A model generated the notes under the pieces. That model made no database searches. It was not told the origin of the DNA and worked only from the letters and a program-made list of their open reading frames with translations. From positions 1,364,001-1,428,000 of the forward strand of contig JAQGDQ010000008.1 in assembly GCA_030141605.1 (NCBI GenBank): a stretch of 64,000 nucleotides of DNA, given 5' to 3'. The translations under genes and the position numbers were made by a program. The stretch comes from Tubiluchus corallicola (taxonomy: Eukaryota > Animalia > Priapulida). This document shows positions 1 through 14,400 of the stretch, piece by piece (the stretch's first letter is position 1; each line of letters opens with the position of its first letter).

Positions 1-2172
1 CAATTCACCGCCACGGATTTTCCCATCAGGTGATGCCACAATGTTCTGAGGATGGATCATCAGCAAAACTACTGTATTGTGATGAGTGTCAGTTGTTAAA
101 AGTCACTGAACCTCAGTCGTGCAAACTCTTTTGTCCAGTGTTCAATATCTTGACAAATGGAACTGTCTTGAGGGAGAATGAAATTACAATTGGTATTGAA
201 TTGTTAGTTTCTGAACCTGTGGCTGATAATCAACAAATGGCATTTCTTTCTAGCACAACTATGCCGTCTAAGCTTTTTACGGGTGATATTACTACAAATG
301 AAAACATTAATACTAGTACTATTGCTGTTACTACTAAAGCTGCATTTGTAAATCGTTTGATTTGCAATTCTTATAGTGTCACTTCCACAAAAACTGACAA
401 TCTCTCAGTTATATGTGGTGCAGTAGAACATGCCAATAATCATCTTTCTTCTTGCACAGTCAAGTGTAGGGTGGACATGTTGCAATGTGCCGTCGTGGGG
501 CAGTCTGAGAAAGGAGTTCGATTAGTTTGGGAATTCTGGGCTCTACTTGCGCTGTATGTTTTCTCAAAGATATTCTCTTCGTCGAACCTGTCATTGCTGG
601 ACATGATAACGTGTGTATGTCTTGGTGAAAAAGATGAACATTATGGAAAGCAGAGGCTATGGGGAACGCTTGGGTGGGGGATTTCTGCCTCGATTACTGG
701 CATTGTCATGTCGGAAGTTCGACGCATAAATAATGCCGAGTACATGAACTTCAATCCTGCATTTTATTTGTATTTTGGCTTCATGGTAACAGTGGTTATC
801 ATTAGTCTCATGCTTACTGTAAAAGTTGATCATCAATCTCAGAATATTGCCAAAGACGTGTTTAAAACTTGTCGAAAGCCGGCTGTATTTGTATTTCTGC
901 TTGCAGTCATAGCACTTGGAATCCAATTTGGTGTATTAATGGCATTTAGTTTATGGTATCTTGGTGATTTGGGTGCATCAGAACTGCTGTATGGTCTTAA
1001 TTTGACTGCAGAGACTATAGGAGAGGTGCCATTCCTATTTATTTCTGGTTACTTGATAAAGAAAATTGGACATGTTAGGTGCTTGTATCTTGCCTTTTTA
1101 GGACATGGTGCTCGGTACCTTATTTTTTCTTTTCTGAGAAATCCGTGGTGGTCTCTTGCCCTGAATCTTTCTCATGGACTTTCGTGTGGGTTGATGGTTG
1201 CCACAGCTGTGTCCTACTGCAATCTAATTTCACCAAGAGGAACTGCGGCCACTATGCAAGCATTTGTTGCTGTTTTGTTTGACGGAATAGGTAATCATCA
1301 CGTTCATGCATAATTTGTAATACATTTACTCAAGCTATTATTCCTTGAGATGCTGCATACAAGTAATGTGCATGTCCTGCGATCACACTTTAGTGATAGT
1401 ATGCCCAAGAAACTTTAATGCTGCTGTTCTTCAAGTTGATAATAAATGTAAGTTTGCAAAACTATCTTTTTGGTGTAAAGAAATTCAAAAGTAAATTTGT
1501 TGGTCGTAAATCTAGCTTTCAGTTGTGAAGGATTTACGTTATTATATACAAATGCAGTTTAATATTATTACCTAATTTAAATTTGCAAATTTGCTTTGAT
1601 TTTTGAGAGAAGCGTGGACAGAAAATAATTTTCCAATTCACAAACTCTTGAGGCTGCTAACTACAGTGTAGAACAGTTTGCAGGTAGAGTGGTGGTATGG
1701 AACCCTACCACTTCAGGTACAATTAGACTACGTGTCTAATTATCAAAAGTCTTTTCTGTATTTGCAACTGTAACTTTCAAAATGTTGATGTTGCACTTGA
1801 CCTTTTAATTTGTCTCACCCTTGATTTGTATAGCACTGTTATTACTATGAACTATGTTTTTTACTCTTAGGCTCAGGGTTTGGTAGTTTGATAGGAGGTT
1901 TCATATATGAGGAGTACGGAGGTGCCATTACATTTCGAAGTTTTGGCATTGGTGCTATTGTTTGCTGCTGCCTCTATGCCTTAGCTCAGTTGTTTGTCAC
2001 CCCTGTTGCTGAACCTCAAGAAATGGACGACACTCTGGCAGACACTGAAGGAAAAAATTCTAAACTGGAGAAGGAAGAAGTGCTAAAGCAGGTAAAAGAA
2101 CCACTGAATTTTAGCCAGGGCAAGCAAAATATTGAGTATGTGCCCACTCTTCAGCACTTGCTGCCCACCTGA
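1..2172 (+). CDS. MFSD6: MFSD6-like major facilitator superfamily transporter, last two exons (<1-1290, 1871-2172); 5' end outside window
   Basis: MFSD6-family motifs HYGKQRLWGTLGWG, GEVPFLFISGYLIKKIGH, RYLIFSFLRNPWW and SPRGTAATMQA. Phase-1 intron 1291-1870 (G|gtaatc...ctcttag|GC) joins to give DGIGSGFGSLIGGFIYEEYGGAITFRSFG. TGA at 2170-2172. The frame is open back to the window start. Confidence 0.9.
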
Positions 2173-2731
2173 TCAATTTTTGACAAGTGGCTTGTTAATT
2201 TATATTTTAGCGAAGTCTATTTTTTAAGAAAATTGATTTATGAAAATGGTTTCTGCAGAATATACAAAACTTTGCAACTGTGATTGAGTGATTCTTCATT
2301 CCGAATGTAAAACTAAACCGATTAATGGAGAATTACTCTTTGTTAATGATAATGTAAATGTTATTAAATAAAATTTTTATATAAATTTTTATTTTAAATT
2401 TAAATCTATGGATTATATAATATGGTAAATTTAAATTATTTTTAGAGTGGACAAAGATTTAATTTCTGTTAAAAGTCTTTGCACTTTTTCCAATTGCTTT
2501 GCTTCAAATTCTTTGACTGCCTTGTGCTATGAATTGTTTTAGATTTAAAATCAAGGAATTTAATCTTCTTATTGCTCTTCTCATAGCTTTTGTTCTGTGC
2601 TTTTTCATATTTGGTTCTGTGATAATTTTGTTACAATTATGTCATTGCATATAGAAAAGTCAGCAGTTGTTGAAGATAGTGTATATTTATTTACAAGTAT
2701 GTTGTAAGATACAACATATCTTTGCTGTAGC

Positions 2732-3525
2732 TAGAGATGTTAAACTATGCAAATTTGATGATATGATAACAATACGATGGATACTTTTTTCCAACAGTAC
2801 AAGCATTTGTTGAAGATAGTGTATATTTATTTACAAATATGTTGTAAGACACAACTTATCTTTGCTGTAGCTAGAAATGTTGAACGATGCAAATTTGACG
2901 ATATGATAACAATACAATGCACACTTTTTTCCAACAATACGATATGGATGATCTGTTTTTTAGATGACACGATACGATATGATAAATTATTTTGCACAAT
3001 AAAAATGATCCTGAACGAGTGGTTAGTGTTGTGCAAGTTGTGTCAGTGTATTGAAATACCATATTTTTGCAGGCTGTTTCTTGATTAATGTATAGATAAA
3101 GTGCTTTTCTTTGTTTAGTCATAACATAATATTAATATGAGAACTGCAACAGATAAATGTCATGACACGTAGATCTACGTAACGTATTTATTTATCTGAG
3201 CTGCACTGCTTGCACGTAACCGGGAAGTTCCTCTAAAAATATTGTATTTGACATACGTGCGTCACTAAACCTACTGAAGATAGCTGCTACTACAGGAAGA
3301 AAGTACAAGAAGATTATTCAAACAACCTTATAAATAACTCTTTATAATTTTTTCGCGCAATCCAGCACATAAATGAAAAATCAAAGTAAAATGATTTTAT
3401 AAAGTAAGCAATAAGCAGCGATATACGCCAAGTTCGGTATGATAGCAATATTTCTAGAATAATATCGATATGATAACGATAAAAACAAATTTTTGATATA
3501 CGTATCCTTATCGTTAACGTCTCTA
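2732..3525. mobile_element. hAT-type non-autonomous element (MITE) with a duplicated left end
   Basis: Left TIR TAGAGATGTTAA at 2732, with a second copy TAGAAATGTTGAACGAT at 2872. Right TIR ATCGTTAACGTCTCTA ends at 3525. 8-bp TSD GCTGTAGC (2724-2731 and 2864-2871) versus GCTGTAGT (3526-3533). Many subterminal CGATA repeats. Confidence 0.75.
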
Positions 3526-5069
3526 GCTGTAGTTTAATGTAGTTACTTTGTTATTTTCTCAGTTTAGGAAAATCTCATTTTTAGTTGAACATTTACCATG
3601 TATTTGTTATTATATTTTTGTTTATCATTTTATGTTGCAAAAATCCTGTCTTGGAGATTAAGAGTTCAGCTTTAAATATTTGTTATACTACATATATTAT
3701 GCTTTGGGAGCAAGTTATCTTCTTTTAAAGTTTATATATGCACAAAGTGCTATATGTAGATATAGAATGTTTTGTGTTATATGTTAATGTAATTAAAAAA
3801 TATGTCTGTATATTCGTGCAGATTGCTAATTTGGCTTATAAACCATGTATTTTTTCATTTTTAATTGTTCTTAGAAATTTTTATCTTTATATTGATTACA
3901 TATGGATCTGAGTAGGAGTTGATTGTTGGATGTAATACTGGATTTGTTGGATTAATGATGTTTGGAGTAATTATAGTTTTCACATTTGTTAGGTATTTTT
4001 CTATTTGTATTCTCTTGTGATATTATAAGAAGTAAACAATATAAGCACATTACATGTATATCATTCTATTTTATCAATAGACCTCTTTTAAGTGAATATT
4101 ATTACCTAGTTGTTACAAGTATTCATTATTATGTATTGTGATTACACTGTTATTCGTGACAAAAGTGGCAAAATCCTCTTATTCTAAACTCCAGTGACAC
4201 AGAACTTGTGTTAGTCCTACAAAAACAATATAACTTTTAGATTTAAACAAGATTTATGTTAGCGAAAATATGAGTGCTAGTAGTAACATCCTTAAAGTTT
4301 AAGTGCCGTTCAGCAGTACAGTAATTATTCAAATGTAAAATTAAGAAATAAATCCCAGAAACAAACTGCTTTGAATCATGATCATTTATTATATTCTGTG
4401 TGTTTTGCAAGTAGACATTGAGATGCTGAGACTGGTCAGTGAATGGCTTGTTGACTGCCTGAGTTCTGCACCTATTCTGTCTGGTTTTTGGCTGTTTACC
4501 TCATTGAGGTAAATGTGTTATACATTTGAAGTGGCTATATAAGGTACCTCTGCCTGATTGATTTTTGCCTGACTTTTAAATTAGCAAACGTAACCATAAG
4601 CAAGCATGAACTACTATCACTCATACCATGAAGTCTTATTCATGAATCCGTCAATCAACATCCTATCTAACCATTGGGCTATGTGCTACTGATGGTACTA
4701 CACCAATAAACAATAATGTGCACACTTTCTACACAGTGTTATTTCAACTTGATCCCTGCTAGAAATAAAATTTGAATTAGGTTTATTTTTCAGCTAGTGC
4801 AACATAATCAAATAAAGGTGAAGGGTTTGGAATGAATGTGAAGGTTAGCCACCACGTGGCTGTCACAATAATTTTATAATAATGAATTTTCTGTGAGAGG
4901 ATATGGTTCAGTGGTTCACTGGCTCATCTGCACCTTTTCCAAGATGAGCACAACCTATTAAGTGTGTAAGATCAGATTATTATATTCTGACATTATATGG
5001 TCATGCCTAGTTCTGCAAACCAAGTGTTGTTTTTATAGTCTCTAACCTTACCTTATACTTATTTATTAT

Positions 5070-5700
5070 TCTTTCCGACTTCTCACACCTTAATGCATGT
5101 TCTGTTGTATCTTCCTGAATCCTGCACTCAGGACAGTAAATTTTCCCATTTGTTTCCTTTAAAATTGCATTTCATTTCTTTCATATTTAATTTAATTTCC
5201 ATTATATTTACTATATCTGCAATACGTCGTTGTTTCTCATATTTTTCACCATCAAGAAATCTTAATTTTGTCATTCTACGCACTTTATCTTTATGTTCCT
5301 GTTATAATTCTTGGTTAATAGCTTTTTTGTTTCTTTTCCTATGTTGATTTTTTAAGCTCTCCATTTTTTATTTGCTTGATCTTATCTTTCTTTCCATATT
5401 TATCTATGATTTCACTTGTTTCTGAATACCAATAATCTTATTATGCTCTCTTTTCATGCTCAATTACTACTTGTTTCGCTAATTTGTTTACATCTGATTT
5501 CATCAATGAATAATAAAACATAGCCTTTTTATAATTAAGCCGTTTTTGCACGAACCTGTTTCTGCTAACATAAAGAGTGCTAATTTTTTTATTGAGAATT
5601 TTTCTCAGCATCTCTTTTTGTATTTTTTTCCAAACTCTCAGCCCATTCATCTTTTTCAAAATTTGTCTATGTTTCACAATTGTTCAATACTGACAGGATT
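5070..5700 (-). mobile_element. Degraded LINE ORF2 C-terminal fragment with zinc knuckle
   Basis: Minus strand reads ...KVRRMTKLRFL...IKLNMKEMKCNFKG, then after a frameshift IYCPECRIQEDTTEHALRC, a C-x2-C-x8-H-x3-C knuckle typical of LINE ORF2 ends. Multiple stops and frameshifts. Confidence 0.6.
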
Positions 5701-7159
5701 GTCATTGTTTCATACATAAGTAATCTTACTTCTATCGCTTTATTACCTACATTTTGCTCATTTCCAAATCTCATCATTTCTCTAAACATGTATTTTGAGG
5801 ATACATATTGAAAGAAAATCGTAGCGAATTTAAATGTCCTCTAGAAATGATAACAATGATCTCCCATATTGAGGGTAAGATCACGTGATTTCCTTCTAAA
5901 CCTTGTAACGAAAGTGGTGCTGACAAGCCACTGGCGTAGCAGTGTTTAGTTTTTTTGCTGGATTACTGCTGCGTTTACCTGTCTGAAGGCAGATTTCTTT
6001 TATTTTAGAATTCTGTCTGCCTAATGTCTACAATAGACGTGACGGGCGTATGATGATGATGACTTCTAAACCTTAAAGCAGTTTTTCAGTTACAGTAATG
6101 TATTTTATTTTGTCTTTTGCTATGTATGTTTTTTGGTACTTTTTTTCTTGTACATCAATTTATCTTCAATATTATATTTATAAGGCGATTACAACAAATT
6201 ATGCAAACTGTGTAGAAATGGGGTGGCGAAAGACCAGGAGGTCATCGGGCGCTGTTACTGCTAGTAAGTAGTATTACATTTTTGCACATCCCACTTTTGT
6301 CTAGGTTATAACTCGCTTCTAGGCTCGTAGGTCATTATCCTATTATTCTCAAGTCATCAGTGATTGTTTCCGATATCTCGTAATAATTTAGTCATATATT
6401 TACTGTATAATTACAAATAATTACGTAGGATTCACAGTTGTACACTATACAGTTGGTACGCCATCACGTCTGCGTGGAGTCACGTGACGAATTTCGTATT
6501 AGTTTATGCATTATCAGGGCCTGCCTTCAAAGGCACGTAACACACATTTATCTTAATCGCCTTTACGAAATAAAGAAAAAACCTTTGCTTTTATAATATA
6601 ATAATACTACACAAATAAATAAAATTAGTGATAAGTAACTGTAGTCACCAAAAAAATTCCTTGTGTCAGATTAGGTCTGACTATACACTAAAGGAGAAAG
6701 AAAAAATTCAGGAGGTCTTTTGAAGAAAAGACAATGACTAGTAGCAAAGAATTAGCAAAATGACACAGGACTATAATGGCATCTTAGGTCCAGACGTGTT
6801 GCATTTTAAGCCCCCGCACACTACCTATAATTACAATTAATTTGAAGCTTCAGCTGTCTTTAGTGATGCTGTAGTTTCTAAAAAAATTAATAAATTTTAT
6901 TTAAAGTTATAATGTAGGCCAACACTCTCATTATCATCACTGTTATTATCACAAACATATGTGATACTCATTATCACCACCATTATTGCAGTGTTATTTT
7001 TATCATCATCGTCATCTCTACCGCTATCTGATGCCATCATCATTATACATGTACGACTTACAGTAGCTTGTGCAATATGGGCTCAGGAGTATGGGGAAGG
7101 CAGTGGAAAGCATTATTACAAACCTGAATGTAATGACAATGGTGATGAGACAACGTAAT

Positions 7160-7621
7160 GACCATGTTGTTGATAAAATATCCCACAGCTACATCTTTAC
7201 AAAACTCGTGCCAATCAACAATAGTGGTGGGAGACCCTATTTCTAGCTCTTTCCTGATCAGTTCCACCGACAGGTCACAGGTGGTGCACCATAAATATGT
7301 CAAGCCTAAAATTTGCCATAAGGCTAAGTGAGACTTTTCAAAGAAACTGCCCTTTCTAATGTTTACCACTTTAAGGCATTGCTGGCAGTGCCAGGCTCTT
7401 CCGTCGACAGCCCTCGAATATACACCTTCTTGACATGCTTTGTCACATTCTGGGCAGATCATCTCTACTGCCAGTAAACCATATTGCCTGCACAAGTTTG
7501 TGGTGTCCACAATATTTCCACGGAATCTTGCCCCCATTTTCATCAATGTCAGATTAAGAAACTCGTTTCTATCGGGATGTCGATTAGCTGCCACTGCCGT
7601 ATTTTTAATTATAAGAAACAA
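7160..7621 (-). pseudogene. Merlin/ISXO2-like transposase N-terminal fragment (Zn ribbon and HTH region; DDE domain missing)
   Basis: GLLAVEMICPEC...DGRAWHCQQC...NIRKGSFFEKSHLALWQILGLTYLW...TTIVDWHEFCKDV matches the Merlin N-terminus. The expected IGG..VEIDES catalytic segment does not follow. Confidence 0.8.
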
Positions 7622-8374
7622 TAATTGTCCACAATTTTCAACACATGAAAATTTAATTGGTTAAAAATTGTTTATTAACATGTCAAATGTCAAAATATGA
7701 ATAATAACTTCAAATGCATCAAAAATTTAATATTGACAATACACTGTAATTATAACTGTTTTTATCACACTAAAAGTCACTGTTGACACTAGCAATTGTG
7801 TTTTTACGCATTAAAATTTAATTCCGTTGTCACAAAAGTATGAAAAAAATTCAAGTTACTATAGGGGCCCAGGAGAATGGGGGAGGGTAGTGGAAAACAA
7901 ATAAAAAGTTCTTTTTGTTACTGTGTTTCTGTCCACAAAAATATTGTATTATATTTAGCATTATTTTTTATTTTAGCATTGTTGTAAATGAAGTATAATT
8001 ATTTGCATTGCTGCCAAATAAATGCTCACAGTCGCTACCCCCACCTACTGTTTTATTTACTGTATACTTGAAACAATGGCTTACTCATTAGTTTTAGGGG
8101 TTTGTGCGACCACAAAACATTATCGTTAAATCGCTTTTTTGTCACTTACTGCATATGAATACATTTGATGGCAAGACAAGTTCTAAGCAAGCCATAATTT
8201 TATGCTGTCTTTCTTCAATTGGGCAGCTTTCTAAAAAAAAACCTGAAAAAACCCACCCCTCAGTATGTCAGGTCATTTAAAAAAACCGAACGCCTGCATA
8301 CTTGTAGTCCCATATGCAATAAATAATTTTAAACTTTCCAAAAGAAAAAGATGATTCCTGAAGAACTGAAGTAA

Positions 8375-8650
8375 AATAACAAGAAGAAGAAGAACAGGCA
8401 GACACAACAATGACCAGAAAAAAGAACAAGAACAAGAAGATGAAGAAGAAAAATAAAAAAGGAAGAACAAAAAGAAGAACAACAACAGACAGACAGAGGC
8501 AACAATTAAGGACAAGAAGAACATGAACGAAAAAGAACAAGAAAAATAAAAAGAACAAGAAGAACAGCAGCAGACAAACAGACAGACAGAGAAACAGAAC
8601 AACAACAACCAAAAGAATAGGAAGAAGAAGAAGAAGGAAGAGAACAAGAA
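8375..8650. repeat. Low-complexity (AAG/AAC/ACAG)n purine-rich tract
   Basis: Degenerate gaagaa/acaaga/cagaca repeats. They explain the spurious Phe/Leu-rich ORFs at 8273-8768. Confidence 0.85.
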
Positions 8651-10411
8651 AATTACGACCGATGGTAATGATGATGGTGACAGTTTGATGGTTTGATAGG
8701 TAGTGATGATGTCGCTTTGTAATATTAATAAAAAATAGCTCTAAAATACAATAAAAATAAACATACATATTTTTAATATTGAAAGCAATTTATTTTTTTA
8801 CAAGTTGACCAGCTGACAACTTAACAAACATGAAAAACAAATTTGTAGGCCTGTAATTAATTATTATATAATATGACACAAACTTAAGGGCCACTGTGCG
8901 ATAGTGACTGCGCAATAGTGTGTAAACATAGTTGTTCACGTGGAGCTTCGTGTGTATTGGCGACGGTAAGTAATGAATAATTTTAATCTGGAATTGTAAC
9001 GCCTAAAAACCTATAATATTATGGGAATATGGTGTATATTATGCCTGTTGATACTCCAAAAACTTTAGTCTTTCATACTTTAAATAAGTTGTTGTTTTGT
9101 TCGCTGAGCAACTCTAGTAGCCACGATCTTTGCTGTATCTCTAGCAGTGATATTTTTCATTATTCTCCCAGTCTCTCAAGGTATCCAAAATACACACAAG
9201 CTGCATAATACACATCATCATTTGTGTAAACAAATCCGTCTAGGCGGCTGCTATATGGATCAAGATCAATTGTGCGGCCGTTTCTGCATGTGTTTGAGTA
9301 AATGATATTCCAGCCTCTGCTCGTTTTCTTCTGCTTTCTCGATTTCTATCCAGTTGGCAAAGTAACCAGCAAACGGCAAATGTAAACTTTGATCTTCGGA
9401 GGCACAATTGTCGTCGTACACAGAATTCCTGCTTCCCAAGTGTCAGCGTATATGATTTTGTTACCCTTTGGCTTTGGGAATCTACATGCAGTTGTTCTTT
9501 CCGTAATCGTGCAACCATGCCTTCTGTGGCATATAAGTACAAAACAGAGATTACACAAAATTATACAAATACATTCATCCTTTAAAAGTATATTGAAGAC
9601 TGAAATTTTGATGTAGTTTCTGCATGTTGGCTGTATTGCTATATAAGCCACTGATGGTACTTAACGAGTGCCATTTTCAACACCTTTTTCGAGAGAAATC
9701 AGTAAAAGCTATAACTTCAGTTTAGAACTTCACCAAAAACAAATGGTTTTAACAGGAATTGTCTGATCTTTGAAATTAGTAAGTAATTTTTTACTGCAGT
9801 TTGCCCAGTATTGTAAATAATGACTATAGAATTTCATTTTTCTTCAGAGCATACAATTTCAACTTATGATTCATTTTCCTTATCTGGGGATATTTCTGTA
9901 TGGACTGAGCTAGATAAATAATTGTGACATTTCTTATGAACGTAACTACACATCTCACCTTAAGTTGTATAGGAACATGCGAAGTCAATATTAAGCAAAT
10001 TCTCTTATGTTAAAAATGCAGTGATTGGTTCCTGCACTCTGGGATGTACTCTAATTCAGCAGTTTTTCCATAGTAAATGCTGTCTACCTATTGGTTTCCT
10101 GTTACATCTATTTGAAAAGTAATTTTTCCACCATTTTACATTATTGAAACGTTGCATAGTATCTGCTGATTAATGATAGACAAGTTTGTGAAAGATGTGA
10201 AACAGCTTTCCACATTCAATCCTGATTTGGTTACCATACAGTCTTTAGAATTCGTTCGCACTGAGTTAAGTCTTTACAGTAGTGCAGTGCAATCGTAAGT
10301 ATCACAGCCAGCAATGTACGAAAGTTCATCTACATTAAAGAACAATTCCACATGCTAATGAGCAAAATAAAATTTTGTGTACTTCTTGGACTCTGGTCCT
10401 AGTCTATGTTA

Positions 10412-10558
<147 letters not shown>

Positions 10559-11475
10559 ACGCTCTGCACTTATTACACTTTTTCAACTATAACTACAGTC
10601 ATTACACCTTACCACACTTACTTATATGTACTATTTTTATCGTAAAAGAAATTAATTTGTTAACTAAATTTATGAATCTCTTTTTTTGCACAAATGATTT
10701 GAGTGTACAACACTGCTCTCTGTACTCAACAACATGGGAGATCATTGCCATGCTTTGTGCTGTGCATACTGTCTGTGTGTACAGTCATCCTATCAGCAAG
10801 CCTGTAGCTTTACTAACAAACTTTCACTTGCTTTGCTTGTGCTGTCGACAAATTTGCAGCCCTTTCTGTGTAAGTGTTTAACATTAAATTTTAGTGTCAG
10901 AAGCGGAATATACCTTTCAACTCTGCCGATGTCCTTGAATGTCCTACATAATGATAAAATAGAAACTAAGTTACAATCGTTTGCATCACATATGTTTGTT
11001 GGATGATATTCTACTTTACATTTTTGTCTCACATTAAAGAACTTGTGGCTTTCTGTCATAAGGGATATGCACCCCTTTGCAGATAATGTCCTTGATAGTT
11101 GGAAGCTGCACACTTAATAGTTGGAAGCTGGCCAGTTACGCATCAATACCATGGATCCTACCACGCTCTTCGTCTAGATCTCCTATATGTATGCACCTCC
11201 ACTGCATTCCAGGACACACTCTACTCCAGGTTTGTCTCCTCGTCAACTCCCCGTTTGCAGACTCTGACTCCACCAATGACAATAGTTATGCCAACCATAA
11301 CCACATCAGCTACACTGACACCACCAAAAGTGTTTCCGCATTGACCTCCAGATCCAGGTCTGCATTTTGGACACATCCTATTCACCAAGTGGCCTCTTCG
11401 AGAGCATGGTGACATAGCGTCAAGCTTTTCAAGCTTTTGTTTTTTAACTAAAAACTTCTGCTTGCATTTCTATAG

Positions 11476-14400
11476 ATCTGGCAGTGTAGGGGTGAGATGG
11501 TTGGTGCACCTTGCTCTCGAGTCGGTTCAAGTGGTTCATGGAGGAAATAGCCTTCGATCAGCCAAAGAAATACCCCCCTAAGGAACCTCCAGACTTTTGC
11601 CACTGGGGAAGTAAGTCAGTGATTTTGTTGAGCCTGTTTTGTTATTTATTTAAAAAATAGTGTGAAAATAAATTTTTCATAATTGCCATTTTCAAGTTGC
11701 AGTACATTAGCTTCTGTTAGTTCATTAACATTTTTACAAATGCCAGTGTTGTTAACAGTGAAACCTGGTTATACTGCCCACTTTTGGACTGGGAAGAAGT
11801 TGGCATTCTAGCGAGTTTGGCGGTGTAAAGAGGTGTGTTAATTTCACCGTAGACTATTCACAAAACAGTCAGATAAGTTTACACAAGTTAGAGTCCTCAA
11901 TTTTCACTTCAAAGGTTAATGAATTAAATTTTATTTATATATACATTTTATATATTTATATTATTTATATAGAATTATTTATATGTATATATATGTGTGT
12001 GTGTGTGTGTATATGTGTTATATAATACTACTGATGTTACATTATGTTATACATATTTTGCTTCTGTTAGTTCAATAACAAATTTGGTAGAGGGCAACAC
12101 CAGTGCTGTCAATAGCGGCAATATTAAATACAATATGCATAACGTGGTGCCATCTGTTGACAAGATAAGCGGAGCATTATAAGCTGCGTATATTTAAAGC
12201 TTACTTGTGAGCTAGAGTGGTGTAACTACTGTTCTTAGCCTCTGCATCAACCCTGAACGCAGGAAATTGTGTAACAAAGTGATGCTGGACGAGTTGAACA
12301 TACACCTAACATACATTCCTGCAAAACTGTAAAGTTTTAATTTTATAGTATCAAATTCTAGTGGTGTTTTGATTACACAAGGAATGCTATTGAATATTGC
12401 AGCGAAATAAGGAATGAAGATTATTATAGTTAATAATTAAGAAATTATTATTATTAATATTTATTCTATTATTATTACTTATTAATAATTTCCATTATTC
12501 CAGATAAGGAATCCTGTAAGCAATCTCTGTATTGATACCCAATTTAGAGGAGCAAATGAACGATTTGGATTGGCTTCTTGTATTAAGGATTCACCTGGTC
12601 AAGGTGGAGAACAGGTAAATAATTAAGTGTGCACACTTATTTCACTTAACTATAAATTTTTTAGTCTTTAAAGTGTAAAATCTCATCTTGTTGGTGCTTA
12701 GATGCTGTAGAGTAAAACACATGCAAAGTATGCAAAAAACTAATAAAAATACAACTGAAAAATGTGATTATAGAACAATATAGCTTTTAGTTGCATGAAC
12801 GAGTTGTAACTAAAAGTATTTAATTGTGCATGTGCCGACAGGAAGTTTCGTCTTAGAAAATCGCTTTTTGCTTCTTACTTCACGAAATTTTCAGCAGCAC
12901 TTAATTTTGTTCTATGCAGGCAACAACTTGGGAATTAAACTTATTTAAATATGTTTTGACTCTTTCCCAATGAGGTCACCTGGGAATTGCAAAAATTGTG
13001 TAAATTGCATTTTAACTCTTTCCCAGGGGGTCTAAACATTGATGGCAAGCAAAAAGCTTTTATGCCTCATCTTCCTACCTTTTAATTTTCTTTAAAATTT
13101 TTGACGCACTGTAACTCGAAATCCAGCTTCAATGGCAGACCTACGTAACCATGATGTTTGTGGTGAGACCGGCACCTGGCTCACTTTTGAACTGAGCCAC
13201 TGAACTCATAGATGTTTCTTAACCACGTTTGGATGTGCGTATATCCCTCAATGAGGTAAACAGCCAGAATCAGTATGGCGAGTGAAAATAGTAAAGTTCA
13301 TCTAAACAAGATACACGTGTTCAAGCCAAGAATTTTCTTAGGCAACAATACTTTACAGCTTTTGTGTTGAACGTTTTTAATAGAAACTGTGACTTAATAG
13401 CTACTAAATGCAAATCTGTTTCCTTTGCTTAATTAGTTGAATTTCTTTTTATTGTCAATTCACACTTCTTCTTTTTTTGAACTGTATTGTTTTGTTCAAC
13501 ATGTACTATTTATTGTACATATAGTTTAAAAACAATCCTGGTTACATTTTTTGTAGAATCAAATTTTTTGCAGTGCCCTCCATTTATAGTTGTCTCATTC
13601 ATTTGTCTTGTAAGTAAAAATGAAAACGAAAATTTTTAGAAAACTGAAAGAAATTTATATAAGCAAAACTATGTTGCATTTTCTATTTCCGTTGTCATCG
13701 GCTTGTTTAAGTTTTTATTAATTCTGCATTTTTATGCTTTAGAGCCACTTCTATCTATCTAATAAGTCTTAAACCATCTATTTGGCAAGGGAAAAATAGC
13801 TGAGTGGTTACAGGGTAGGTGCTTAGCTATCAAATTATGTAGTGTCAAGTTTGGTTATAAGATGGATAATCTGCCGTCAAAAGCCACCCTACTACATAAT
13901 CCACCTATTTCTCTTGTTAAAGAGAGAGAAAAGGCAATTTTAAACTATGTCCTCAAAAACTCTCTACACAGAGTTATATTGCTTAGCATTAAGCTTACCT
14001 GCTTGAAAGACTTATGTAATTGGCAAAAAATCGCACATTTCCCGCGACAGCGTCGCTCTAACAGAGTTACTCCCTCTTCCACATCTGTGTATAAGTATTC
14101 TGTTACTGCACTGCAGTCTAAATTACCAGAACACACTCTAGAGTGCATACCACTTGCACTACCAGAGTAACCGAATCTCCTGTCTGTATTCCTACTTATT
14201 GTGGATAGATCAGAAAGGTCTCTAGTAAAATTCTTTGGATATAAATCTTCCGTTAATACAGACAGTTGATTGTCAATGGCAGTATTTTTACCAACTGAAT
14301 CTGCATCATCTTTCTTTGCCAACTGCCAAAATTTGCTTTCATTACCATGCAAGGAATTGCGAGTTACGTCTTTATTAGCAAACGTTTGATTTCTAGTACT

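Larger units (their letters stand above)
6248..9050 (-). mobile_element. Merlin (IS1595/ISXO2-like) DNA transposon relic
   Basis: Starts with a degenerate TIR (GGCGCTGTTAC...TATTACATTTTTGCACATCC). 6270-6710 and 8890-9050 are reverse-complement homologues of the TIR/TSD-bounded element at 30224-30936. Contains a transposase N-terminal fragment. The second TIR is not found. Confidence 0.75.

Noticed and set aside
8273-8768. Hydrophobic membrane-protein ORFs
   Set aside because: Translation of an (AAG/AAC)n low-complexity tract.
11351-11371. DPGLHFG as the preceding GALNT exon (YDPGL.IWGGEQ)
   Set aside because: No WGGEQYELSFK or suitable splice donor follows, so it is probably coincidence.
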